From the NCBI GenBank assembly GCA_964558645.1, contig CAZLEV010000001.1, positions 447,579-511,578 of the forward strand: 64,000 nt of DNA, written 5' to 3'. Source of the DNA: an uncultured archaeon. Lineage in GTDB: Archaea; Asgardarchaeota; Thorarchaeia; Thorarchaeales; Thorarchaeaceae. A model generated the notes under the pieces. The model was not told where the DNA came from. It saw only the letters and a program-made list of their open reading frames with translations, and did not search any database. The translations under genes were made by a program, and so were the position numbers. Below are positions 18,333-28,263 of the stretch, one piece after another; the stretch's first letter is position 1; every line of letters starts with the position of its first letter.

Positions 18333-18727
18333 CGAGGCAACAAGAAACTCCCCGGTCTTCGTCTTCTGATTGCGACAAAGAGCCATTGACGTCGCTTCTA
18401 GAGGATAACCACCGAGGAACAATAGTGCCACAGTGGAAGTATTGGCCGGACAAGAGCGGGAATTTGAGAAAGCTGGGTCCTTACCTCAGTCTGGTGCTGA
18501 CCATCCACGTGTCGGGGGACAGATATCAGACCTGGTTCTATATCGGAAAGAGAGGGCGAGAAAGGACGCGACGCAGGCTAGAGAGGATACTGGATGTAAT
18601 GCGGGAAACTCTCTCAACCGATCCAGATGCCACAAATCACGATATCGCGCTCGCCCTTCGGGAGGTGCTTCCGTGGTCCCGACAAACAAATGCTAGAGTT
18701 TCCAGAGGAGGTGACGGATACGAGTGA
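18329..18727 (+). CDS. Hypothetical DNA-binding protein (GPY...YIGK motif)
   Basis: Motif typical of small MGE proteins; ATGA coupling. Confidence 0.6.
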   Translation: MTRQQETPRSSSSDCDKEPLTSLLEDNHRGTIVPQWKYWPDKSGNLRKLGPYLSLVLTIHVSGDRYQTWFYIGKRGRERTRRRLERILDVMRETLSTDPDATNHDIALALREVLPWSRQTNARVSRGGDGYE

Positions 18728-18848
18728 CGAAGACAAGGGAACGGCTAAAGTAGATCGTATCGTCAATATGCTGCTGTCTCTCAGCGCAGATGAGCTGGAC
18801 CTGGCAATCGAAGAGCTCAACCGGCGCCGCAGGGTTGGGAAGAAGTAG
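18711..18848 (+). CDS. Small 45-aa helical protein
   Basis: GTG start; SLSADELDLAIEELNRRR. Confidence 0.5.
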   Translation: MTDTSDEDKGTAKVDRIVNMLLSLSADELDLAIEELNRRRRVGKK

Positions 18849-19100
18849 GACCCGGCCATTTCTCGCCTAATTCAACTCTTTCTGCTTATTTCTGCATGGC
18901 ACGATTTGAGCCTGTCACTTCCGAGCATTCTCAGTCCCCAATAGGCTCCCCACAATGAGCTTCCAACGTCCCTTTGGCAATTTGTTGTCTATAAATACCC
19001 TTACGAACGACATACAGTGTTTCCCTATCCTCCGGTGTCGGGCAACGGTATGCCGTGAACTCGGGCCGGGAATCAGAGGACGGAAACAGGACAACAAGAA

Positions 19101-19550
19101 ATGTACACTTTTAACCTACTTGAAAGTGGGACTGAACGTGACAGGGCCTCCACGTTACCATCGTCAGACCCTGACCACGCGTGTCACAGTCCCAAGGTGA
19201 ATAAAGATGTCTTCCCTAATGAAGGCAGCTGCAACACCGGTGGCATCGGCCACTGCAGTAAGATACTGTTTCTCAAGTACTCCAGGGTCTGCTTTGAGAG
19301 GCTCTACGGTCCTCTGCATCGTCTCCTGGGATTTCCCGAAGAGTTCCGACTGGACGTCGGGAATCGCATAGTGCAGGACAACTGGAAGAAGAGAGGCCTC
19401 TATATCAGTTACAGGTGGCTCAAGAGATCTCGAGGTTTCGTTGATCTGCTTGTTGTCATCACGAGGCCTGAAACAGCAGAGCGGTGGGAGAGAGTCATAG
19501 ATCTCATTCCCAGAAGTCCGAGCGACGTCATCCAGGGGGTGTCCTCTTGA
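19101..19550 (+). CDS. Hypothetical protein
   Basis: Downstream of TATA-like TATAAATA (~18990); stop overlaps next start. Confidence 0.5.
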   Translation: MYTFNLLESGTERDRASTLPSSDPDHACHSPKVNKDVFPNEGSCNTGGIGHCSKILFLKYSRVCFERLYGPLHRLLGFPEEFRLDVGNRIVQDNWKKRGLYISYRWLKRSRGFVDLLVVITRPETAERWERVIDLIPRSPSDVIQGVSS

Positions 19551-20275
19551 GTTCCAAGGATGAGTCTACGGATATCGTGGAACTTGCGCCAACACCCGTT
19601 CGCCCTCTGGTCTCGCCGGAGCAGGCTGCCAAGGAATGGCAGAAGTTCGAGGAGCTGAAGAAGCGGCTTCTCACAAAGAGCGACTATGCCACCATCAACG
19701 GCAAGCCCCACGAGTGCAAGTCTGCGTTTCGCAAGCTGGCTGTGTACTTCGGTATCTCAGATGAGATAGTGGAGCAGGTTCGGACGGACCGCGAGGATGA
19801 CTCGTTCATGTGGCGGATCGTTGTCAAAGCCACAGCACCGAACGGCCGATTCAGTACTGGAGTCGGGATCTGTGACTCACGAGAGCGAGACTTTGCGCGT
19901 GTGGAGCATGATGTCTACAGTACAGCCCACACCCGGGCGAAGAACCGCGCGATATCCGATCTCGTAGCTGGAGGCGTGGTTTCGGCTGAGGAGATGGGTG
20001 CCGTCAGTGAGAAGTCGGCCCCAGATTCCTCTTCAGCTATAGGTAACGAGTCGCTATCCAAGGAGGATATTGCTGATGCACTCCAGGGAGCGGGGCTTGA
20101 GACTAGTATCCTTGGATTCCACGAAGAGAACGGTGTTGTCACCGTCACCGTTCAGGAGTTCATCAAGGACCGAGCAGTGTGGAACCAGTACAACGAGGCC
20201 ATGCGCGATATCGGTTATGTGTGGTCCAAGGAGAACGGGAAGGGGCACTGGCGACCGGCGGAGGTGGTCCGATGA
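19547..20275 (+). CDS. Putative single-strand annealing protein (Rad52/RecT-like superfamily)
   Basis: KSAFRKLAVYFGIS and STAHTRAKNRAISDLVAGGVVSAEE motifs. Confidence 0.6.
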   Translation: MSSKDESTDIVELAPTPVRPLVSPEQAAKEWQKFEELKKRLLTKSDYATINGKPHECKSAFRKLAVYFGISDEIVEQVRTDREDDSFMWRIVVKATAPNGRFSTGVGICDSRERDFARVEHDVYSTAHTRAKNRAISDLVAGGVVSAEEMGAVSEKSAPDSSSAIGNESLSKEDIADALQGAGLETSILGFHEENGVVTVTVQEFIKDRAVWNQYNEAMRDIGYVWSKENGKGHWRPAEVVR

Positions 20276-21951
20276 CCAGGGAAGAGGAGAGATGGACCAT
20301 CGAGCAACTCGAGCGAATGCCTGATATCGAGAGGTCTCAGGCGATTGTGTGCCCCCAGGTTGTGGAACGGATGATTGGAGGAGAGCGGACCCGATTTCAG
20401 GTCTGCATTCATCCTGATGGAAAGGCTAGGGTTCTGGGAAAGACGTCCTCGGAACCGATTCCAACCCAGCCAAGCTTTGGATTCCATAATGGAGGAGACG
20501 TACCCTGGGCCTGGTCCACCATCCACGAGAACCTGATCATGCGGTACATGGACTTCCTGTTTCTCGTGGACGAGGATGAGTACAGCATCATCGCTCTTGG
20601 GGCCATGAGCACCTATTTCCGAGAGGTCTTCAACACCTACCCATATTTCGATTTCTTCTCGGCCGAGGTTGACTGTGGCAAGAGCACTGCCCTCAAGTGC
20701 CTGGTCTGGTCATCCTGCTACGGGGATCTCATGAACACGCCAACACCGGCGGTCATCTATCGCGATATCGAGGAGTCAAAGTGTGTTCTCGGAATTGATG
20801 AGATCGACAATGCTCTGAGTAACAAGGAGACGCGGGGGCTGCTTCTCTCGGTCTTCAATAGTGGGTATACGAAGGGCATTCCTGCGAAGAGAGTTGACCT
20901 CAATACTATGAAGGTTCAACGCTTTGACGCCTTCGGCCTCAAGGCATTCTCTCGAGTTGAGGACTTGGGCCCGCAGGCAAGAGGTCTCCTAAGCAGGAGT
21001 ATTACGATCAACATGATCCGGAATCCAGCTCAGCACCGGCTGGAGGAACTGACAAGTCCTGACGTGTTTCAACCATATCGGGACCAGATGTACAGGGCTC
21101 GTCTGGAACGGTATGAAGATGTCGCTGCAGCCTATCACTACGTTCTCGAGAATTCTGGCTTGCAGGACCGCATCCGACAGATCTTCGCTCCTCTTCTATC
21201 GATTGCCTTTCTTGTCGGTGAAGAATGCTATCATAGGACCCTGAGATTTGCCAAGAGCTACGCTCAAGACCGACAGAACAGAAGCGACGACCCAATGATG
21301 AGGGCTCTCGTAGAGGTTCTACTGGATCCGGTCTATCTTGGCCATGAGGTGCCCACCGTCAACATCCGGGACGATCTCAACACGCGACTCCACTCCTATG
21401 GGGTCATCTCAGAGGACTATGGGCTCAGAAGTCGCCGGGTGAACAGCATGCTTGATGCCCTGGGTCTGAAACGATCTCCGAAAAGGAGCCAGAATTACGT
21501 CCATTACTTCATCAACAGAGACCGTGTGATTGCCTGGGCAACCAGGGTCTACAACATGACCATCCCCACCTCCCTTCAGGAGAATCTATCTAACTTATCT
21601 AACCTTGAGAATGCCACAGAAGGCCCCGAAACGACGGGAGAAGGCAAAAGTGAGGTAAGTGAGGTAAGTGAGATAAAGGGGGATTTAGTGACTGATGACA
21701 AGAAACCGGAGGAAGCTCCAAGGACGTTCTCCGCCTTCCTTGAATGGATCAGAGAGATTCTGACAGAAGCACCCGAGAGCAGAATCAGTCTCGAGGAGAT
21801 CCGTACTCGTTGGAATGGAGGGAATCAACGTCTCTCAGCTTGGTGGACCCAGGCAATTGAGAAGCAGTTTCTTCAAGAGGTAGAGGTGAGGGACGGAGTC
21901 CAGGTCTGTAGATGGAATGCCAAGACGTCAGGTGAGGGGGTGGTCTCCTGA
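20272..21951 (+). CDS. Putative replication ATPase/helicase (AAA+, DUF3631-like)
   Basis: Walker A DCGKST, Walker B LGIDEID, NSGY, LLSRSI Arg finger; GGAGG RBS. Confidence 0.75.
   Translation: MTREEERWTIEQLERMPDIERSQAIVCPQVVERMIGGERTRFQVCIHPDGKARVLGKTSSEPIPTQPSFGFHNGGDVPWAWSTIHENLIMRYMDFLFLVDEDEYSIIALGAMSTYFREVFNTYPYFDFFSAEVDCGKSTALKCLVWSSCYGDLMNTPTPAVIYRDIEESKCVLGIDEIDNALSNKETRGLLLSVFNSGYTKGIPAKRVDLNTMKVQRFDAFGLKAFSRVEDLGPQARGLLSRSITINMIRNPAQHRLEELTSPDVFQPYRDQMYRARLERYEDVAAAYHYVLENSGLQDRIRQIFAPLLSIAFLVGEECYHRTLRFAKSYAQDRQNRSDDPMMRALVEVLLDPVYLGHEVPTVNIRDDLNTRLHSYGVISEDYGLRSRRVNSMLDALGLKRSPKRSQNYVHYFINRDRVIAWATRVYNMTIPTSLQENLSNLSNLENATEGPETTGEGKSEVSEVSEIKGDLVTDDKKPEEAPRTFSAFLEWIREILTEAPESRISLEEIRTRWNGGNQRLSAWWTQAIEKQFLQEVEVRDGVQVCRWNAKTSGEGVVS
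21587..21675. repeat. Inverted arrays of 9-bp iterons inside the rep gene (putative origin)
   Basis: TATCTAACT TATCTAACC, 44-bp spacer, AGTGAGGTA AGTGAGGTA AGTGAGATA. Confidence 0.7.
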
Positions 21952-21975
21952 TGTCTGCGGCAGAGAAGAAGACTC

Positions 21976-23190
21976 TCAGGCCTCTTGTCCGGGCCGTTGC
22001 TTCAGAGCTTCTGAGACAGCTTCGGAAACTATCTCCTGAAGAGCTCCAGACTCTCTTAGGCGATCAAGAGTCCGCTGAACCGTCCGCTCCTGTTGACGAA
22101 TCGCCTCCTCCTCAGTGAGTGCGAATCCACATCGGTAGCATTGCTGCTTGCCTGGGTCATTGAGTGCTCCACAGTTCGGACAGGACGTGGGTTGCGGGGT
22201 CTCAGACTCAGCTCTCTCTTCGACCCCCAGATATCGGAGCTCGGCACTTGCCTGGTCCTCCTCATCCAGGATCGCGTAGTACTTCTCCAGCATGTTTGAG
22301 TGCTTGGAGTGCCCCATCCGTCGTTTCAACTCGATAGGCTTGAGCCTGTCCTCCTTGAGAAGCCGGGTCGCTCTGGACTTTCTGAAGAGATAGAGGTTGA
22401 GTGGTGCCTTTCCCCGTCCCTCTCCCCTTCCAAGTCTCTCCTGGTGCTGTTGCTTGAGAAGACTTGTCATGGCGTTGACCTTGAAGCGTCCTCCCCGTTG
22501 ATTGATGAACAGAGGAGCACCGGGCTGATTCCTTCTCGGATGGATCGACCACCACTGGCTAAGAAACTGGTTCGCCTGGGGAGTGAGGAGTCTCACAGCC
22601 CTCTTGCTCTGTTCATTCTTGGTCTTCCTGAACTGGAGGACGAACCCATGACGGTCCTGCTCCACATCTCGGACGTCCAGGTTGCAGACAGCTCCAGGCC
22701 TGGCGCCGGTGTCGTAGAGCACCATGTAGAAGGCTCTGGCTGCAGTGTTTCTGGTGTTGGTCGCGATGTCCATGAGCTCTTCGAAGGTGAGGATATCCTT
22801 GGGATGAATCCGGCGCTTTCTCTTGCCATGCTTGGCCTTGAGCATCTCCTTGATGTCATCGTCGAGCTCGAACCCTCGGAACTCACACCAGAGCCGGATG
22901 AACACTGACCGCATGGTGATCGTCTGAGCAGAGAGCCCACGTCTGACCATCTCGTTGATCATGCCAGGGATCTGCGGGACCGGATCATCCAGGTCCAGGT
23001 CGAAGACACTCTCCATAGAGAGGAGTTGTCGCAGGTAGTTGGTGAGTGTTGACTCGCGGAGGGTCTTGCGAGACCGTCCTCTCAACCACTGGACGAAGGC
23101 AGGAAACTCGGGGTGCCGGTCAATGACCGACTCGAGATAAAGAGGTGCACTCATCGGTATCAGCCACTCTAGAGATGACTCCGGGTGCAT
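21976..23190 (-). CDS. Tyrosine recombinase/integrase with C-terminal zinc ribbon
   Basis: TGARPG, KTK, YLFRKSRAT, MGH, KYY; CPNC/CYRC. Confidence 0.92.
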   Translation of the reverse strand: MHPESSLEWLIPMSAPLYLESVIDRHPEFPAFVQWLRGRSRKTLRESTLTNYLRQLLSMESVFDLDLDDPVPQIPGMINEMVRRGLSAQTITMRSVFIRLWCEFRGFELDDDIKEMLKAKHGKRKRRIHPKDILTFEELMDIATNTRNTAARAFYMVLYDTGARPGAVCNLDVRDVEQDRHGFVLQFRKTKNEQSKRAVRLLTPQANQFLSQWWSIHPRRNQPGAPLFINQRGGRFKVNAMTSLLKQQHQERLGRGEGRGKAPLNLYLFRKSRATRLLKEDRLKPIELKRRMGHSKHSNMLEKYYAILDEEDQASAELRYLGVEERAESETPQPTSCPNCGALNDPGKQQCYRCGFALTEEEAIRQQERTVQRTLDRLRESGALQEIVSEAVSEALKQRPGQEA

Positions 23191-23228
23191 ATTAGCCTTT
23201 CCGAATTGAACTGACAATTTTCTTGTGG

Positions 23229-23242
23229 ATTATGTTTGCATT
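23229..23242 (+). repeat. Putative attR core ATTATGTTTGCATT
   Basis: Direct repeat of 12474-12487, abutting the DMT stop codon. Confidence 0.65.
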
Positions 23243-24174
23243 CACGTTATGGGAAGCTCCGTGCCTGCTTCCTGTTCTCTGTTTCTGATTGGGTAGTTCA
23301 CAATAATGATAGCAATCGTGACACATGCAAGCCCTGCAAGAAATGTCCAATATATTACCTCGCTCAATAGCCACGCCGATAGCAGCGTACCGAAGATTGG
23401 AACAAGGCTTAAGAAAACTCCAGAGCGCGTGGCCCCGATGTTCTTCACGGCCTCGAAGTAGAGAAGATAGCTCAGAAAAGTCACTACCGCTCCAAGAAAC
23501 GCAGTGTTGATCCAGAATTCAGGAACTCGGAGAGCAGACTGCAGCCAGAAGCCTTCCGCAGACGCGGTGACGCTGAAAAGTAAGAATCCGACGAAGGATG
23601 CTCCCGCAACCAGATTCATGGAGGACATTCTCTCCATGATTCGTCTTCCTGCCACTGAATAGAGCGCCCAGATACAGGTAGCAATAATCAGGATTACGTT
23701 GCCAAGGAGGTGGTTGAAATTGAGAACTAGGAGATACTGAACTCCAACAACAATCACTATGCCTAGGAACCCTAGAATTAAGCCCGAGTACTGCCATTTC
23801 TGCGGAAGGTGCTCGTGAAGTATGAGACCTGCGAATATTGCTATTGTGATCGGCTGGATGCCATCGATAATGGCTCCTTGGGCAGATGTTGTGTATACCA
23901 AGCCTGTCAGTTCCATGACCTCGAAGGCGAAGATTCCGAAACCACCCACAAGAATCAGCGGCTTGATATCGCTCTTCTTGAATCGCTTGTGCGCCGGCTC
24001 ACCGCTAAGAGGCATGAAGATGAGGAAAGTGATACTTGCGAAAAAATACCTGAAGAGCCCCACAGTCATCGGCGATGCGAGCCCGACGGCCACATCCTTG
24101 GACACCCACGAAAAGCCCCACAGCAACATAGCCATTACCAACATGACATAGTACTTGAAATCGGGTCTTTCCAT
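23242..24174 (-). CDS. DMT/EamA family transporter
   Basis: 10 TM helices, LLWGFSW, two EamA repeats. Confidence 0.92.
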   Translation of the reverse strand: MERPDFKYYVMLVMAMLLWGFSWVSKDVAVGLASPMTVGLFRYFFASITFLIFMPLSGEPAHKRFKKSDIKPLILVGGFGIFAFEVMELTGLVYTTSAQGAIIDGIQPITIAIFAGLILHEHLPQKWQYSGLILGFLGIVIVVGVQYLLVLNFNHLLGNVILIIATCIWALYSVAGRRIMERMSSMNLVAGASFVGFLLFSVTASAEGFWLQSALRVPEFWINTAFLGAVVTFLSYLLYFEAVKNIGATRSGVFLSLVPIFGTLLSAWLLSEVIYWTFLAGLACVTIAIIIVNYPIRNREQEAGTELPIT

Positions 24175-24316
24175 CTGAGTTCACAATCCGTCCCGGTTGG
24201 TCTGAGGACCCTGCAACGGAAATAAAAACACATGGATTCATCGTAAGATACTTTCTGGGGCAGTCATAACATTAGCTTTTTAGATATGAACCCTATCTTC
24301 TAAATCTGAGGTACTC

Positions 24317-25729
24317 ATGACAACTTGGACTTCTTCTGCAGACTATGAGCAAATCAAGGCCGCAGTAACCTATTCTGGAGGCGAAGAGGGAAAGTGGCTC
24401 ACTTTCGGCCCCATTGGAGACCATCCATTGTCTGGCAAGCTATTCCCTCCTTACGACCATCAAGGAATGATCAAAGACCTTGAGGAGATAAAACGCATCG
24501 TAGAGTACGCTACTAATGCTATGGTATTCGACATGAAGCAACTCTTGCAAGAAAGTCTCAACGAATGGAAAGAGGACAAGCCCAGACTCAAGCAGATGAT
24601 TCTTGGCTGTTTCCCCGATTACGAGCAAGAGCGGATTGAGAAGATTTTTCATAATCGGTATTGGATTGATATTTCTGCAGGAGAGCTCTTTGGAGAGAAA
24701 TGCCCTCTCTTACCGGGAGAAACATTCGACTTTGGCATTCGACCTGTCAAGGGTATTGTCAACACCCAAGATTTGGCTCATATGACCGCCGAGGGCCTGA
24801 TTCTGGGACAGATGTCGTCATGGTATCGCTCTCGAGAGAATCGCATCATGGATGTGGTTGTCAGAAATCACCCATTGTTCCTGGAGAGATGTCCTTCTGT
24901 TATCAATCTAGATGATGGGCAATACCTCTCCGGCGGAGACATAGTCAACATCGATGAGAACCATATGGCGATTGGCATTCGGTCATTCACAGGCAGAGAT
25001 GCTGCCATCGAGATATCCAAGAGGCTTCCTGACAAAAGGATATACGCAGTGCTGAAATTTCCCCAGGAACTCGGAAGCACGTGGGTTGCTCACTACGGGA
25101 AACATCTCGACTACATGTTCACGATGTTGGATAAGGAGCGTGCGATGATACAGCCTTACATCTTCGACTATCCCAAGGGAAGCCGGAAGATACTGCTCAA
25201 GATGCTTCAGGCCCTGAGCGATGATCTCTACAAATGGGAACCAGTGAGAGAGGAGTCTGATTTTCAGAAGGACCGATGGGCTGAGATTCCTGACAGACTC
25301 AAGCCTAGAATTGAATCTCGCGTATACGGTGGGCTCTCACGAGAACGAGTCAATGCCTTGAACGATGTAGGTAGTGTCGAGATATATCAGAACGGTAAGC
25401 TTGTGGGACAGAATCCAAGCTTCGTGGATTCTCTTGTGGATGAGGGATTGCTCGACCCTGATGAGATCATCCTCGTTGGGGGCGATCCCAACAACATCGA
25501 TTATCGAAACGAATACGAGCATTGGCTGACTTCTGTCAGAGAGGGGGCATGGGCGTGCTCCGTGGCTGTTCTGAAGCCTAATACAGTACTTGCCTACCAT
25601 GACATGGAAAAGACCAACGAGAACTTACGTTATCATGGTGTAGATACCTACGAGATAGATGGACGCTTTGTGAAGCTGATTCATCGAACTGGACTCTCTA
25701 ATTTCATCCTACCCCTATGGAGGGCTTGA
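24317..25729 (+). CDS. Arginine deiminase-like (pentein) protein lacking the catalytic Cys
   Basis: NTQD, RSRE, SGGD, HLDYMF, C-terminal GLSNFILPLWR. Confidence 0.75.
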   Translation: MTTWTSSADYEQIKAAVTYSGGEEGKWLTFGPIGDHPLSGKLFPPYDHQGMIKDLEEIKRIVEYATNAMVFDMKQLLQESLNEWKEDKPRLKQMILGCFPDYEQERIEKIFHNRYWIDISAGELFGEKCPLLPGETFDFGIRPVKGIVNTQDLAHMTAEGLILGQMSSWYRSRENRIMDVVVRNHPLFLERCPSVINLDDGQYLSGGDIVNIDENHMAIGIRSFTGRDAAIEISKRLPDKRIYAVLKFPQELGSTWVAHYGKHLDYMFTMLDKERAMIQPYIFDYPKGSRKILLKMLQALSDDLYKWEPVREESDFQKDRWAEIPDRLKPRIESRVYGGLSRERVNALNDVGSVEIYQNGKLVGQNPSFVDSLVDEGLLDPDEIILVGGDPNNIDYRNEYEHWLTSVREGAWACSVAVLKPNTVLAYHDMEKTNENLRYHGVDTYEIDGRFVKLIHRTGLSNFILPLWRA

Positions 25730-25730
25730 T

Positions 25731-27161
25731 ATGTGGAATGTAAAGGCACGATACGATACTCTCAAGATTGCGATTGTTGAACCCGGACGCGCAGAGCGGT
25801 GGTGGGCCACACCTGTGAACGGAGAGTACCCAATCGCTTGGGGCTGCGTTGACTTGCCATATCACACCCATTTCACTAAACTGGAGTCCGACTTTCAGCG
25901 CCGAGATCTGCAGAACACCATGCAGAATGCCGTGAAGCGAGAGCTTCCAAGTGTGAGGCTGTTGACCTTCAGGCAGCTGCTCCAAGAAACCCTTGACGAG
26001 TATCGAGAGGATGAATCCAAGGTCAAAGACATCGTTATGAGGTGCTTCCATGAGTGGGACCGACCACGAGTTAAGAAGATCATAGGAGGCAATTGGAGTG
26101 ATGTCACAGCGGCTCAGATAATCGGTAGCGACTCTCCTCCTCTTATCAGGGATGGGGATGACTTCAAGGTCGGGATACGGCCGACGCCTTGGGTCCAGAA
26201 CATCTCAGAAGAGGGCTGGATGACAGACCAAGGATGGGTGTACTGCAACAAGAAGACATGGTGGCGCTCGCGAGAGGATGAGATCACACACGCAATAGTG
26301 GAGAATCATCCCGAATTTATAGAGAACGTACAAGTGCTTCTGGATCTGAAACCTCCTGCTTACATGGAAGGTGGTGACCTGCGGGCACCAAGTGAGAACA
26401 CGATTGCAGGCGGTGTGGGATGGCACACGAATCTCGAGGCGATGAGGCAGATCTCGGAGGCTCTACCGGAGAAGACAGTCTACGCAGTCCAGAAGGCTGA
26501 CATTACCGAGGAAGACTTCACTGATGAGGTCTATGACTTCGGCTGGCACTTCGAGACCTTCCATTGCGAGGTTGACAAAGGGAAGGGTCTGTTCTTACCT
26601 TACATGAATGACTACCCGAAGGGCGGCAGGAAGAAATTCATCGAGTGGCTGAAGGCACTCAAGAAGGATATCGAAGAATGGCATCCTCTTCTCAGGAAAC
26701 TGCGTGAGAAAGAGATCGAAGTGTCACCCGAAGAAGAGAAACGCATCAAGGAGAATGCCCTCAAGGACCTCACTGACGAGAAGATTGCCACTCTCAAAGA
26801 TGTGGGCAAAGTCTACACTTTCAAGAAGGGAGAACTGATCTCGAAGCGAGATAGCTACTTGCAGGCACTGATTGATGACGGTGTCATGGATGAGGATGGC
26901 ATCATCTGGTATGGTGGCGATCCGAGCTGGTTTGAGAATCCTCTGGAGCATTTGACTTCTCTTGCTGGAGCCTTCGCTGCAAAGGCAGAGATAGCTGAGT
27001 GTTTGAGTCCCGGAGTGGTCCTGGTCTTTGAGGAGGCTGAAAACACGATCAAGTCACTAGAGGAACACGGCTGTCGTGCTGTCACATATTCGGCGTTCTA
27101 TCAGAGAAAGACCGGAGGCCCCGGCCCCGATTGTTCGTTCTGTCCACTTCACAGAGAGTAG
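25731..27161 (+). CDS. Arginine deiminase-like (pentein) protein
   Basis: RSRE, EGGD, WHFE, LSPGVV, GPGPDCSFCPLHR. Confidence 0.78.
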   Translation: MWNVKARYDTLKIAIVEPGRAERWWATPVNGEYPIAWGCVDLPYHTHFTKLESDFQRRDLQNTMQNAVKRELPSVRLLTFRQLLQETLDEYREDESKVKDIVMRCFHEWDRPRVKKIIGGNWSDVTAAQIIGSDSPPLIRDGDDFKVGIRPTPWVQNISEEGWMTDQGWVYCNKKTWWRSREDEITHAIVENHPEFIENVQVLLDLKPPAYMEGGDLRAPSENTIAGGVGWHTNLEAMRQISEALPEKTVYAVQKADITEEDFTDEVYDFGWHFETFHCEVDKGKGLFLPYMNDYPKGGRKKFIEWLKALKKDIEEWHPLLRKLREKEIEVSPEEEKRIKENALKDLTDEKIATLKDVGKVYTFKKGELISKRDSYLQALIDDGVMDEDGIIWYGGDPSWFENPLEHLTSLAGAFAAKAEIAECLSPGVVLVFEEAENTIKSLEEHGCRAVTYSAFYQRKTGGPGPDCSFCPLHRE

Positions 27162-27168
27162 TTCAGAG

Positions 27169-28092
27169 TCAGTCGACAGCACCATCGGACATAGTCTCTT
27201 GCGCAAGCGGATAGTTGATCAAAGTTATGCCCACAACCACCAGTATCAGACCAACAATGAATGTCCAGTAGATTGGCTCATTCAATAGTAGGAATGAAAG
27301 CAGGGTACCAAAGACTGGAACCAGATTGATGAACCCGCCAGCTCGTGTGGCTCCAAGTTTTCGAATGCTCTCGAAGTATAGAAAGAACGATACGAACGTG
27401 ACCAACAGGCCCAAGAATAGCACATTGAACCAGAAGACGGGGTCAGCAAGAGCAGGAAGAGCCAAGAGATTCTCTGTCATGGAGCCAATGCCAAAGAAGA
27501 GACATCCGACCAATGAACCGCCGAAGTTCAATTCAGCTGCACTGACCTCCTTCATCGCCTCTTTGCCGACTGAGGAGTAGAGCCCCCAGACAATCATCGC
27601 CATCAGTATGATGAGATTGCCGATGAAGTAATCAAATTGGAAGTCTAGCAATGCTTGTACTCCGATGACAAACACTACGCCTGTAAAGCTCATAAGAAGA
27701 CCAGTGTATTGCCATCTTCTGCCTAGCTTCTCTCCATGAATGAAGTGAGCAAATATCGTGATGCTTGTTGGATTAAAGCCGGCAATGATTGCACCCTGAG
27801 CGGCAGTGGTCAGACGCATGGCGAATAGGAACAGGACCCCGTAGCCGAAGACACCTGTCAGTCCAGCGAGAGATACAAGTTTCAGATTCCTTCCAGTGAA
27901 CAACCGACGAACAGAACCGCCAGTAGCTTTGACCAATACAAGGAAGGGCAAAGTAGCAATCAAGAACCGGAAGAAACCGACGGTGAATGGTGGGGCAATC
28001 TCGACGATTATGTCTGCAGAGACCCACGAACCACCCCAGAAGAACATGGCTAGGATCAGCGTGAGGAAGTAGTATCTATCTGACCTTGCCAT
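27169..28092 (-). CDS. DMT/EamA family transporter
   Basis: Clear paralog of 23242-24174. Confidence 0.92.
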   Translation of the reverse strand: MARSDRYYFLTLILAMFFWGGSWVSADIIVEIAPPFTVGFFRFLIATLPFLVLVKATGGSVRRLFTGRNLKLVSLAGLTGVFGYGVLFLFAMRLTTAAQGAIIAGFNPTSITIFAHFIHGEKLGRRWQYTGLLMSFTGVVFVIGVQALLDFQFDYFIGNLIILMAMIVWGLYSSVGKEAMKEVSAAELNFGGSLVGCLFFGIGSMTENLLALPALADPVFWFNVLFLGLLVTFVSFFLYFESIRKLGATRAGGFINLVPVFGTLLSFLLLNEPIYWTFIVGLILVVVGITLINYPLAQETMSDGAVD

Positions 28093-28263
28093 AGTTTCAA
28101 CTCGCCGTTGGGCTCTCAAGTCATGGGATGTTTCAGAATCTTGGGCGGCGTATACACACTCATTACACTCGCATTGGATTCTTGCTACCCATACGCTTGA
28201 GTGTTTGATTCGCGATATCCCATGCTATATAAGGACTCCCTGAGTTAACTATATAGAAGTGCG

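Larger units (their letters stand above)
12474..23242. mobile_element. Integrated plasmid-like or virus-like element, ~10.8 kb
   Basis: Terminal tyrosine integrase, replication ATPase, RHH regulators; flanking direct repeat ATTATGTTTG(T/C)ATT and internal inverted repeats. Confidence 0.85.

Noticed and set aside
12474-23242. Complete provirus
   Set aside because: No capsid, terminase, portal or packaging ATPase is recognisable, although small membrane ORFs leave an unusual virus possible
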